Assembly (NCBI GenBank): GCA_017514025.1
Contig: JAFWLB010000002.1
Span: 62,346 to 126,345 of the forward strand
From: Candidatus Saccharimonadota bacterium
GTDB lineage: Bacteria; Patescibacteriota; Saccharimonadia; Saccharimonadales; Saccharimonadaceae
Direction of reading: 5' to 3'
Length of the DNA: 64,000 nt
The translations under genes and the position numbers were made by a program. This document shows positions 1 to 9,600 of the stretch, one piece after another (the first letter of the stretch is position 1; each line of letters starts with the position of its first letter). Under the pieces are notes generated by a model, which was given only the letters and a program-made list of their open reading frames with translations, was not told the origin of the DNA and did not search any database.

Positions 1-171
1 CGCGAAGCGACGGAAAAGGATGGGCCGGGAATGGCTAGAAAGGTTGATAGCAAAAATCGGGTCAGTCTGCCGAGAGAATTCTTGGATGACTTAGGCCAAG
101 AATATTATATCTGCACAGAAAGTGCAGACGAACATTTTGTTCTGCCAGTTAAGTTCTTATTTATAGGCTAG
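1..171 (+). CDS. 3' part of an AbrB/MraZ-like swapped-hairpin DNA-binding protein (truncated by the window start)
   Basis: Frame 1 is open from base 1 to TAG at 169-171 and reads ...MARKVDSKNRVSLPREFLDDLG..., matching the 'vD.kgRv.lP.e.r' AbrB/MraZ motif. Not in the supplied ORF track; translated by hand. Confidence 0.55.
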   Translation, partial: REATEKDGPGMARKVDSKNRVSLPREFLDDLGQEYYICTESADEHFVLPVKFLFIG

Positions 172-184
172 TAGCCGACAATCT

Positions 185-218
185 AAAAGCGCCGAGTTTG
201 TCTCGGCGCTAGGTTTTT
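185..218. terminator. Probable bidirectional intrinsic terminator
   Basis: Perfect 9-bp stem AGCGCCGAG-tttgt-CTCGGCGCT (188-210) with A-run before and T-run after; lies between the convergent AbrB-like gene and tRNA. Confidence 0.7.
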
Positions 219-232
219 CTGGAATAAAAAAA

Positions 233-309
233 TGGTGGTACTGGGTGGGATTGAACCACCGACCTCGGGCTTATGAGTCCCACGCTCTAACCAGCTGAGC
301 TACAGTACC
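233..309 (-). tRNA. tRNA with CAT anticodon (Met, or Ile2 if lysidine-modified)
   Basis: Reverse complement GGTACTG-TAGCTCAGCTGGTTAGAGC-GTGGGA-CTCATAA-GCCCG-AGGTC-GGTGGTTCAATCCCACC-CAGTACC-A-CCA folds as a cloverleaf with encoded CCA. Confidence 0.93.
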
Positions 310-352
310 ACGTTTTAGTCATTATAGCATATTTTATGCTATAATGAAAGGT

Positions 353-742
353 ATGAAGATGAGAAGCGGTTTTACTGTTTTAGAAATTGTGATTGTGGGG
401 GTGTTTGCGGGGTTGCTGCTGATTTTGTTTTTTGTGCAAAAAGCGAATATTGATGCAATGGAGCGAGACGAGGATAGAAAAATCGCAATCAATGCGATGT
501 ATTATGCTCTGGAAGAAAGCTATTATAAAGACCACGGGTATTATCCGGAGTCAATTTCAGAAGAAAATATCAAGGTGATTGATCCGGCGCTGTGGACAGA
601 CCCAATGGGTAATAATTTGGGGGAGCCGGGGAGTTCGTATTCGTATCAGCCGGCAAATTGCGAAAATGGCAAATGTAAGGAATACATCTTGAAGGCGGAC
701 CTCGAAAAAGAGGATGCGTATATTAAATATAACAGAAACTAA
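353..742 (+). CDS. Type IV pilin-like / GspG-like protein
   Basis: Class III signal G|FTVLE then hydrophobic helix; 'DP' motif and C-terminal Cys pair. Start moved to the ATG at 353 because the ATG at 344 overlaps the TGCTATAAT -10 box (337-345). Confidence 0.8.
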   Translation: MKMRSGFTVLEIVIVGVFAGLLLILFFVQKANIDAMERDEDRKIAINAMYYALEESYYKDHGYYPESISEENIKVIDPALWTDPMGNNLGEPGSSYSYQPANCENGKCKEYILKADLEKEDAYIKYNRN

Positions 743-1323
743 TCTTTGGTTTCCTTTTTCTTGCCCCTCTTTTTGGCGTTGGTGATGAGTTTGGAGACAG
801 CTTTCAAATCTTCCGAGGAGATATCGGAATATTTAAAAGTATAAGTGGTCTCGTCACCGACAGTAGCGAGGCGGAGGGTGCCGTAGTGGAAGAAAGTTTG
901 CAAGACACCATTTTGATGGAAACTGGCGTCTTCGACGGAAGATAGATCAATCATATTGACTGAATTAGAGACAGGTGAAGTCATAATCATCTGAATAACA
1001 TGTTTGTTGGTGATGAAAAGCTTGTTGCCGTGATAAATCATGATGGCGACAATGCCAATCAGGACGGCGGCAGCAAGAAGAGAGAAAAGAATGATATACA
1101 TGAAATTAACCCCCATCTCATCAAGCATAGATTGGCCAAGAAGAGCAAGAAGAAAAGCGAGTAAAATAATGATGATAGACACGGTAAGGGCGCCTAAGAT
1201 TATAAAAAGACAGACGCGAGCGCGTTTAAAAGCAAACTCGATATATTCGTCATCTTCGAGATGAAGATAGGGGAAATCTTTTTTGCTGCGCTCATGGCGG
1301 ATTTGAGTTAAAGATTCATCCAT
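739..1323 (-). CDS. Membrane protein with bacterial PH (bPH_2-like) domain
   Basis: Two TM segments then 'KLFITNKHVI...I.LSSVEDASFHQNGVLQTFFHYGTLRLATVG'. Confidence 0.7.
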   Translation of the reverse strand: MDESLTQIRHERSKKDFPYLHLEDDEYIEFAFKRARVCLFIILGALTVSIIIILLAFLLALLGQSMLDEMGVNFMYIILFSLLAAAVLIGIVAIMIYHGNKLFITNKHVIQMIMTSPVSNSVNMIDLSSVEDASFHQNGVLQTFFHYGTLRLATVGDETTYTFKYSDISSEDLKAVSKLITNAKKRGKKKETKD

Positions 1324-1344
1324 GTTTGAGGTCCTTTTGACATA

Positions 1345-2364
1345 TTATACCTTATTTTTGGAGTTTTGTAAATGTTTCCTTCCCTTTTCGGTGACGACAC
1401 GACCTTTGGGGGTGCGAGCCAGTAAGCCAAGTTGGAGGAGATAAGGTTCGTAAAAATCTTCAATGGTGGTGGCTTCGTCGCCGGTCAAAGCGGCGATAGT
1501 AGTGAGGCCGACGGGGCGGTCGCCATAATTTTCGTGCATGAGTTTTAGCATGTTACGGTCAGCAGGATCGAGACCGAGGTGGTCAATTTCCATGAGTTCT
1601 AGGGCTTTGATAGCGGTAGGCTGGTCGATGATGCCGTCACCGTTAACGTCGGCGTAGTCGCGGACGCGTTTGAATAGCCTGTTGGCGATGCGGGGTGTGA
1701 GCCTAGATCTAGTAGCGAGGAGCGTGGTAGCTTCGGGATGGATTTCGGTGTTGAGGATTTTGGAAGTGCGAGTGATGATTTGCTCGATTTCGGGCTCTTT
1801 GTAATATTCTAGGCGATGGATGATGCCGAAGCGGTCTCTTAATGGGCCGGCGAGGGAGCCGGTGCGAGTGGTGGCACCGATGACGGTGAATTTCGGTAAG
1901 TCCAGGCGGACCGAGCGAGCGGCAGGGCCTTTGCCGATGACGATGTCGAGTTTGTAATCTTCCATGGCGGAATAAAGGACTTCTTCCACGGCGCGGCGGA
2001 GGCGGTGGATTTCGTCGATGAAGAGGACGTCGCCATCTTTGAGGTTGGTAAGGATGCTGGCGAGGTCGCCGGCGCGCTCAATGGCAGGGCCGCTCGTCAC
2101 TCGCAAGTTGGTACCAAGTTCGTGGGCGATGACGCCGGCCATGGTGGTTTTGCCGAGGCCAGGGGGGCCATACAGAAGGACGTGATCAAGAGTGCTGCCG
2201 TCGCTACGTTTTTTAACGGCGTCAATAGCAAGTTTGATATTGTTTTTGAGGTGTTGCTGGCCGATGTATTCTTTGAACGTGGTGGGCCTTAAGGAAATCT
2301 CGATTTTTTCCTCTTCCCTATCATTTTCTGCCATGGTCGGCTCGACTAACCTCTCAATTGCCAT
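1345..2364 (-). CDS. ruvB: Holliday junction branch migration ATPase RuvB
   Basis: [43 protein letters not shown] motifs. Confidence 0.98.
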   Translation of the reverse strand: MAIERLVEPTMAENDREEEKIEISLRPTTFKEYIGQQHLKNNIKLAIDAVKKRSDGSTLDHVLLYGPPGLGKTTMAGVIAHELGTNLRVTSGPAIERAGDLASILTNLKDGDVLFIDEIHRLRRAVEEVLYSAMEDYKLDIVIGKGPAARSVRLDLPKFTVIGATTRTGSLAGPLRDRFGIIHRLEYYKEPEIEQIITRTSKILNTEIHPEATTLLATRSRLTPRIANRLFKRVRDYADVNGDGIIDQPTAIKALELMEIDHLGLDPADRNMLKLMHENYGDRPVGLTTIAALTGDEATTIEDFYEPYLLQLGLLARTPKGRVVTEKGRKHLQNSKNKV

Positions 2365-2389
2365 ATCTTATATTATAGCATAGGTGACG

Positions 2390-2418
2390 TTGACAAAAAA
2401 GTTGAATAAATATATAAT
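2390..2418 (+). promoter_or_regulatory. Perfect sigma70 promoter with no downstream annotated gene
   Basis: TTGACA (2390-2395), 17 bp, TATAAT (2413-2418). Confidence 0.8.
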
Positions 2419-2424
2419 TATAAG

Positions 2425-2502
2425 CATGAAGAGCAATAGTTCTAGGGACTACTGCTCAAAGGGTTGTTGAAGAGTTAGCTGAGACTAGCTCTTCTTATTT
2501 TT
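2425..2502 (+). ncRNA. Candidate ~80-nt small RNA
   Basis: Starts just after the consensus promoter; contains hairpin GAGCA-a-TAGTTC/GGACTA-c-TGCTC (2431-2457) and a terminator hairpin (2469-2494, G-U pair on this strand) with a T-rich tail. Only a 14-codon ORF inside. Confidence 0.5.
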
Positions 2503-2559
2503 CTTCGGTTCATCGCTTTGCGAATTACGATTGATGATAATCAATGCAAACTGTACCAT
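2485..2559 (-). CDS. Candidate 24-aa micro-protein MVQFALIIINRNSQSDEPKKNKKS
   Basis: AAGGAG Shine-Dalgarno 6 nt before the ATG; hydrophobic N-terminus and Lys-rich tail. No homology evidence. Confidence 0.35.
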   Translation of the reverse strand: MVQFALIIINRNSQSDEPKKNKKS

Positions 2560-2760
2560 CTTTTCTCCTTCCTGGAGCAACTTTAACTACCCTAGAAAAG
2601 CCGTTTAGTGAGCCCCGCACCGCCCATGAACCCCGCACCTGGAGATTCCTGGATTTTTAACCCGCTAATCCCACCCGCCCGAAGCCAGCCCGCCGCTATT
2701 ATATGCATACCACAAAAATAAAAACAACCTTTCAACCTTTGAATTCTAGGCATGAGTGTT

Positions 2761-3996
2761 TTACTTTTTGACTTGAGCGTTTTGGAAGAGTTGGATGAGG
2801 ATTTTGATGCGGTGGGAAGCGAGGATATCGTCGCGGTGGGCGAGTATGATTTCGGACATTTGTTTGATGCGTTTTGGATGAGCTAGTAAGTTATTGAGGG
2901 CGGCGGCCATGTCGGCGGGGGTTTCGGATTTGCTCATGATATAACTGCCGACGGGAACGATTTCTCGCATGTCTGGGTCACAGAAAAATACTGGCACTCC
3001 GCAGGCCCTAGCTTCGATCAAGGTCATGCCGAAAGTGTCGTAATTATATGAGGCCATGACGTCCAGATGTGAGTTTAAAATCGCTTTTTGTACTGCGCTG
3101 AATTTGACATCGCCGTGGAATTTGATTGGCAATTTGTGTCGTTTGGCGTAACGTTTAGCTTTGCTGAGTTCGGTGCCACCGCCATAAACATCCATTTGCC
3201 ATTTGCCGTCTACCATAGTGAGTGCTTTGAGAAACGGCATGATGCGCTTTTCGCCTTGGACGCGGGAATGCCAAATCATTCGTAAGGTTTCTCCGAGTGC
3301 CAATTCTTTAACTTGTACTTTTCTTAAAAACTTTTCGTCTGGATATCCGTTAGGCACTACTTTGATGAGTTTGGAGACGCCGTATTTTCTCAACTTTTTC
3401 TTAAAATGTGCGGAGGGCGTAATTACTACATCTGCGTAGTTCGCGTGATTGACCATGAGAGTCCACATTTTGGCTTTGGCTATTGTATTTGTTAAGTAAT
3501 TGTCCGGCGAAATTTTTATCGTGTGTGGGATATACCAGGAATGGAACCAGTTTAAAAGTGTCGCTGCTATCGTGCGGAAGCCATACGGAATGACGGTAGA
3601 TACCCCCATGTCTTCGCGTCCGTGCATCATTTGGACCGAAGGTATTTTTAACTTTCGGGCTAGGCGCAGACCCGCAATGGAACAGCCGCTTTCGTAATGG
3701 ATGTAAAAAATATCAAAATCTTTGATTTCCGGGTGATTTTTTAAGAGCCAGTTTTCAATGATTTTGGGCCGGCGCGATACGGGTGTGAGGCCTTTAAAAA
3801 ATAGGCGGCAGCTTGGTACCACAAAAATATTTTGTGTCGCTAGTTTTTTTAGTTCTGTTTCAGAGCGCCGAAACCCGGTGCTAAAAATATAAACTGTGTG
3901 ACCTAATTTTTCTAGCTCGGCTTTTTGTGAATTGATTACCTGGATAATTCCGCCGGTTAAATCTAAATAACAGTCTGAGAAAATGGCGATTTTCAT
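2761..3996 (-). CDS. GT4-family glycosyltransferase (diacylglycerol glycosyltransferase-like)
   Basis: N-terminal MKIAIFSDCY...GG; C-terminal 'DTFGMTLIEARACGVPV' (EX7E-like) motif. Confidence 0.88.
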   Translation of the reverse strand: MKIAIFSDCYLDLTGGIIQVINSQKAELEKLGHTVYIFSTGFRRSETELKKLATQNIFVVPSCRLFFKGLTPVSRRPKIIENWLLKNHPEIKDFDIFYIHYESGCSIAGLRLARKLKIPSVQMMHGREDMGVSTVIPYGFRTIAATLLNWFHSWYIPHTIKISPDNYLTNTIAKAKMWTLMVNHANYADVVITPSAHFKKKLRKYGVSKLIKVVPNGYPDEKFLRKVQVKELALGETLRMIWHSRVQGEKRIMPFLKALTMVDGKWQMDVYGGGTELSKAKRYAKRHKLPIKFHGDVKFSAVQKAILNSHLDVMASYNYDTFGMTLIEARACGVPVFFCDPDMREIVPVGSYIMSKSETPADMAAALNNLLAHPKRIKQMSEIILAHRDDILASHRIKILIQLFQNAQVKK

Positions 3997-4036
3997 ATTT
4001 TAATTTTAGCATATTTCATTGTGATATAATGGGGGT

Positions 4037-4669
4037 ATGAGATATTTGGCGGATATTTTGACTGGGAGCCGTTTTGTACTGGCGTTGGTGCTGCTGGTAC
4101 TGGCGTTCGTGGGGAGCCCGGCGGAAAATGCGTTTATTATTTTTCTAGTGGCGGAGCTGACGGACACTTTTGACGGGACGTGTGCGCGGAAGTGGCCGTT
4201 TCCGAAAAATAAAGTGCCGAAATATCGTAAATATGCGGCGCAGTTTGATATGGTTTCGGACGCATTACTGGCGGCGGCGCAGGTATTGTTCTGTACTTTG
4301 CAGGTCAATTGGATTGCGGGGCTAGTGGTGATTATATATTATACAGTGGTTTGCGGGACATTGGAGTTAGTGTTATATGGCAAATTGTTTGGACATCCGG
4401 ATAATTGCACCAAAAATTCTTTGACGCGACGGAACTTTCCGCTGGCGAAAAAGATCGTTTTGGCGAGACGATATTTGTATACGATTTGCTTGGGGGTAGT
4501 GAATGCATTTATTTTGTTTGCGACGAGCTGGCCAGACCCAGTGAAATACGGGCTGTTTGTGTTTGGGTGTTCGATCTTTGTGTTTATTTGGTTCTTTTTG
4601 CGACAAAGGCGCAAAAATGTGTCGCGAGATGCAGTGGAGATTGAGAAGAAACTAGCTAAGAAAAAATAG
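4037..4669 (+). CDS. CDP-alcohol phosphatidyltransferase family membrane protein
   Basis: 'ADILTGSR' and DxxDGxxAR...FDxxxD motif (DTFDGTCARK...FDMVSD); multiple TM helices. Confidence 0.8.
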   Translation: MRYLADILTGSRFVLALVLLVLAFVGSPAENAFIIFLVAELTDTFDGTCARKWPFPKNKVPKYRKYAAQFDMVSDALLAAAQVLFCTLQVNWIAGLVVIIYYTVVCGTLELVLYGKLFGHPDNCTKNSLTRRNFPLAKKIVLARRYLYTICLGVVNAFILFATSWPDPVKYGLFVFGCSIFVFIWFFLRQRRKNVSRDAVEIEKKLAKKK

Positions 4670-5444
4670 CCGTCAATGTGGCGTCTGTAAAGTTATTGGG
4701 GTTGAAAAGATTAAGGACGGTAATTTTGGCGGCGAGTTCGCCATTCCAAAAATTAAGAGGAACGTAGCCAGATTTTTCTAGAGAGACGGCTTTTACTTCC
4801 CCGTCTTTGGCGATGAGGATTTGTTCGTTGTGGAGGGTGATGATTTTACAAGGATAGCTTAAGGTAAATTTGTGGAGAGCGTCGGCGACCTGGACGAGTG
4901 ATTGGCTGAGGAGAAGCATTTTGGGATAATAAACGGCGCGGAAAAGTTTTTGCAGTCCTGGCATGGAGGAGAAGAAAATGATTTGAGGATTTTGTAGAAT
5001 TGGTTCGGGATGATAATCGGCGATGACGTCTACGGCATCGCGGGTGACGAGAGTGGGGCAGCCGGGAGTATCTAAACAATAATGAATTGCCTCGGCTGTA
5101 ATGGAATTTTTGGAAAGGTCGCCGAGAAGGAGATTATAATCGGTGGCTGCCATGATGGCATCTAAATCGTTTTTGTTGCCAAAAGAACCAGATTCGGTGG
5201 AGGCAATATAAACAACCTTGGGTAAATCTGGGAGTTTGGTTTTGAGACTATCGGGGAGGACGAGGACGGGCGTTTCTACTGGGTAATTAGCGGCGAGAAA
5301 TTCGGCGGTTTTGATTTCGGCGCGAAAACTTTGGCTGTTGCCGCCGATGATTTTGATAGTGCCACGTTTTTGCTCGGGCAAGTTCCAAGTGAGGTCAGGA
5401 GTGGGCTTTTGGTCTATTTTTTGAAAATAATCCATTCTGTCCAT
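4656..5444 (-). CDS. YjeF C-terminal / NAD(P)HX dehydratase-like (degenerate carbohydrate kinase fold) protein
   Basis: 'KRGTIKIIGGN', 'PTLVTRDA', 'GELAAKI'. Start placed at 5444 (or 5435) downstream of the xth stop, not the track's 5612. Confidence 0.65.
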   Translation of the reverse strand: MDRMDYFQKIDQKPTPDLTWNLPEQKRGTIKIIGGNSQSFRAEIKTAEFLAANYPVETPVLVLPDSLKTKLPDLPKVVYIASTESGSFGNKNDLDAIMAATDYNLLLGDLSKNSITAEAIHYCLDTPGCPTLVTRDAVDVIADYHPEPILQNPQIIFFSSMPGLQKLFRAVYYPKMLLLSQSLVQVADALHKFTLSYPCKIITLHNEQILIAKDGEVKAVSLEKSGYVPLNFWNGELAAKITVLNLFNPNNFTDATLTAIFS

Positions 5445-5449
5445 TTTGG

Positions 5450-6232
5450 CTAAAACTCCAAGTCGATACTGATAGGGCAGTGATCTGAGCCCATGTAGTG
5501 CTCGTAGATTTCGGCAGATTTGAGATTTTTCTTTAAAGATTTGGAAATGAAGAAATAGTCGATACGCCAGCCGACGTTGTTTTCTCTGGCATGCCCCCAA
5601 TGACTCCACCAAGTGTAACGCTGAATATCTGGATGGAGAGTACGGAAGGTATCGATGAAACCAGCATTTAATAAGTTCGTAATTCCCCGTCGTTCTTCGT
5701 CGGTGAAGCCGGCGTTGCGACGATTAGATTTGGGGCGGGCGAGATCGATTTCTTCGTGCGCCGCGTTGAAATCTCCACATACTACCACTGGTTTAGTTTT
5801 TTCCAAAGATTTGAGATATTTTAAAAATGTAGGGTCCCAAAGGGTCTCGCGCAATTTTAGTCTTTCAAGGGCGCGTTTGGAATTCGGAGTATAGACGTCA
5901 ACTAAATAGAATTGTTCGTATTCGGCCGTCAATACTCTTCCTTCATCGCATGGATTGCCAAAATCATCTTGAAAATTACAATCTACTGGTAAAATATTTT
6001 GAGTCGACAGGGGTTTTAGTTTAGTAAATATGGCTGTGCCAGAATAACCGGGGCGTTCGGCAGAATTCCAGATTTCTTCGTATTCCGGTAAATCTATTTC
6101 GGCTTGACCTTGTTTGGCTTTAGTTTCTTGAATGCATAAAATGTCTGGATTTTCTTGCTGGATGAATTCTTGTAGGGCGCCTTTATTGATGACGGCGCGG
6201 AGGCCGTTGACGTTCCAGGAATAGATTTTCAT
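5450..6232 (-). CDS. xth: Exodeoxyribonuclease III (AP endonuclease)
   Basis: SWNVNGLRA, LCIQETK, GYSGTA, CGDFNAAH, WRIDYF, GSDHCP motifs. Confidence 0.97.
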   Translation of the reverse strand: MKIYSWNVNGLRAVINKGALQEFIQQENPDILCIQETKAKQGQAEIDLPEYEEIWNSAERPGYSGTAIFTKLKPLSTQNILPVDCNFQDDFGNPCDEGRVLTAEYEQFYLVDVYTPNSKRALERLKLRETLWDPTFLKYLKSLEKTKPVVVCGDFNAAHEEIDLARPKSNRRNAGFTDEERRGITNLLNAGFIDTFRTLHPDIQRYTWWSHWGHARENNVGWRIDYFFISKSLKKNLKSAEIYEHYMGSDHCPISIDLEF

Positions 6233-6645
6233 TAGAAGCGGCCCCTTTCTATATCGCGTTTTTTAATGGTTTCGCGTTTGTCGTATTTTTTCTTGCCTTT
6301 GCCGACGGCGATGACTAGTTTGATAAAGCGCGAGCCGCCGAGGAGTTTGACTGGGACAATAGTGGAGCCGGCGACTTTTTCCCTTTCCAGGCTAGCGATT
6401 TGTTTTTTGGTGGCGAGGAGTTTGATGTTTCTCGCGGTATCGGCGCCGAGAGTTAAGTTATTGAGCCAAAGCTCATTATTTCGGATAGTGACAAAAGAAC
6501 CTTTGAGCTGAACGTGGTGGTCGCGGATAGAGCGGACTTCGGGACCGGATAATTGCATGCCAACAACAAGCTCATCGCTAAGCGTATAATCATAGCGCGC
6601 ACGACGGTTAACTGTAACCATGTCTCCCGGTTTACTCTTTTTCAT
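6232..6645 (-). CDS. smpB: SsrA-binding protein SmpB (short variant)
   Basis: NRRARYDY, G..L.G.EV.SIR, GKGKK.YDKRETIK; TAATG overlap with xth. Confidence 0.93.
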   Translation of the reverse strand: MKKSKPGDMVTVNRRARYDYTLSDELVVGMQLSGPEVRSIRDHHVQLKGSFVTIRNNELWLNNLTLGADTARNIKLLATKKQIASLEREKVAGSTIVPVKLLGGSRFIKLVIAVGKGKKKYDKRETIKKRDIERGRF

Positions 6646-6662
6646 ATCTATTATTATAGCAT

Positions 6663-9600
6663 CTATTTAGTTTTTACGCATTCTTCGCCGAGGAGATCTT
6701 TGAGCTTAGTAAGAAGATCGGCGCTGGCTTCGACGCGAAAAGGCATTTTGAGAGCGCGTTTTTCTTCACCTTCCTTAATGACGAGGACAACGTCTTGAAC
6801 ACCGAGGTAGATATCGGCGAGACGGCGAATGGCGGCAAGGGTCTCGGTGTCATTGGGATTTTTGATTAGGAGGTAAAGACGTTCTTTGCGGGGATCTTTG
6901 GGGGGATCTTTGATAACGCGGTGTTCTTCGGCAACGGAAGCACTAGCGCCGGCATTGCTGCTGGGAGCATAGACCCGTTCAGCGGAAGATTTACCGTAAC
7001 GACGACGATTACTGCTGGGGGCGGTGGCAGGAGCGGCGAGTTTGGTGCCGGTAGGCTGGTAATTTTCCAGAATGTCGTCCGAGATGAGCTCGATGGATTC
7101 GGCAAGAATTTTGACATCGGATGTGATGTGGCCATTTTTGTCAGTAGCATTAACTTTGCCCTTGACGCGGACGACGTTATCTACTTCTAATTTGGCGCCG
7201 TGTTCGGCGAAAACTGATGGAAAGACGATAAATTCGGTTTCGTCGGTTTTGTTTTCGATTTTGACGAAAGCCATTTTATCACCTTTTTTAGTGAGGATTT
7301 CGCGTTTGGAAGTGATGATGCCACCGACGGTAATTAGCTTATTATTATATTCGGCCTTAACGTAAGATATGGGGTGGGTTTGTTCTTCAAAGTAGGTATC
7401 GTATTTGTCCAGAGGATGGGCGGAAAGATAAAGCCCCATGAGATCACGTTCCCATAATAATTGTTCTTTTTCGGGATATTGCGCAGGGGCGGGTTTAATT
7501 TCTACTTCTGGCACGGCGCCGGCTTCGCCCATGAGACCGAATAGGTCGGTTTGGCCAGAACCAACGTCTTTTTGAATTTTGGTGCCATAGGCCTGGACGG
7601 CTTCGAGATTGAAGAGGAGGTCGGAGCGGGTGTTACCAAAACGGTCAAAAGCGCCGGTTTTGATAGCGGATTCCCAAGATTTTTTATTGAATTTGGTGGA
7701 ATCAACACGTTTGGCGAAATCACAGACGGATTTGAAGGGGCCGTTTTTGTCACGTTCGGGAATGACGATGTCTTCGACCAAAGATTTACCCATGTTTTTG
7801 ATGCCGGAAAGACCGAAGCGAATGGTGTTTTCGCCGCCGACGATACCAAAATCGCCGTAGGATTCGTTGACATCGGGTCCAAGAACTTTGAGGCCCATTT
7901 TTTTGCATTCAGCAATTTCAATCGCGAGACGATCAGTCCAGCGCATATCGGCGGTCATGAGGGCGGCCATGAAGGCATCTGGGTAGTGGGCCTTGAGATA
8001 GGCAGTCCAATAAGCAATGAGAGCGTAGCACGCGGCGTGAGATTTGTTGAAACAGTAGTTGGCAAAGTCCAGCAATTGGTCCCAGAAAGTTTCGGCAATT
8101 TCTTTGGTGGCACCGCCGACTTTGATGGCGCCTTCGATGAACTCGGGCTTGACTTTGTTCATGAGGTCAATCTTCTTCTTCCCTACGGCTTTTCTGAGTG
8201 TATCGGCCTGACCGCCGGTGAACCCACACCAAGAACGGGAAATCTGCATGAACTGCTCTTGATAAATTAAGATACCGTAAGTATTGCTGAGGGCTTGTTC
8301 GAGGCCAGGATGAAGGTAGGTGATTTTTTCCTGGCCGTGTTTACGACGAATGAAGCTGTCGATAAACTGCATGGGACCGGGACGATAGAGGGCGACCATA
8401 GCGATGATATCTTCAAAAGTGGAAGCTTTGAGGTCGCGGAGGTAGCGTTTCATGCCGGCGGATTCTAGCTGGAAGACACCGGTGGTTTCGGCACGCTGGA
8501 GAAGCTCGTAAGTCTTTTTATCATCTAGCGGGAGATTGGAGAGGTCAATATCGTCGTGATAAACTTTACGAATCATTCTGAGGGCATTATTGATAACGGA
8601 CAAGTTGGAAAGGCCGAGAAAATCCATTTTGAGAAGACCGAGTTCTTCAACTTGGCCCATGGGAAATTGAGCGGCAATGGGGCCTTTGGCAGAAACTTCG
8701 AGGGGCAAAAATTTAACGAGGTCGTCCGGAGCAATGATGACACCGCAAGCGTGGACACCGTGGTTTCTGATGGTGCCTTCGAGACGGGAGGCAAAATCAA
8801 TGACCTCTTTCGCTGTGGGGTTGGTTTCGTATTCCTGTTTAAGGTCGGGGACTTCTTTGATGGCATCTTTCAAATGAACATGACGGCCCATAACAGGATC
8901 TGGTACCATTTTGGCTAGCCTATCGGCTTCAGCATAAGGGACTTCAAGCACACGGGCGACGTCGCGGACGGCGTTTTTAGCCATCATTTTACCAAAAGTA
9001 GTAATATTGGAAACGCGCTCAATACCATATTTTTGAGTACAGTATTCGATAACTTCGTCGCGACGGGTGTCTTGGATGTCGGTGTCAATATCCGGCATAG
9101 AGATACGGTCGGGATTTAAGAAGCGCTCGAAAAGAAGGTCGTATTTCAATGGATCTAGCTCAGTGATTCTGAGCGCATAAGCAAGAATGGAGCCGGCGGC
9201 AGAACCACGGCCGGGGCCATAAACAATACGATTTGATTTGCCCCAGTTGATGAAATCCTGGACGATGAGAAAGTAACCGTTGTAGCCCATTTTGTCTACG
9301 ACAGAGAGCTCGTAATCAATACGAGGGAGGACTTTGTGGTCGTCATCGCGATCTTTGTCAACCTTTTCTAGGAGTTTGCGACAATCTTTGATAGAGAGAT
9401 CTGTGACCTCCTCAAGCTTTTTGTTGGCATAACGATGAACAAGGCCTTGGAAGACAAGTTTGTCGAGATAGGTTTTTTCGTCTTCCCCGTCGGGAACTGG
9501 GAATTTAGGAATGAGGATGCGACCGAGTTGTAAGTCGACATGGCAACGGTCGGCAAGTTTTTTGGTATTTAAAACTGCCTCAGGGCAAGTTTCTTGCCAG

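Noticed and set aside
2531-2544. Perfect FNR-type box TTGAT-N4-ATCAA
   Set aside because: Not positioned relative to either promoter, lies within the micro-ORF, and no CRP/FNR regulator is evident; likely chance.
6900-7060. Palindromic insertion in the DnaE C-terminal linker
   Set aside because: Low-complexity Ala/Pro/Ser linker with only a short direct repeat; no extended inverted repeat found.
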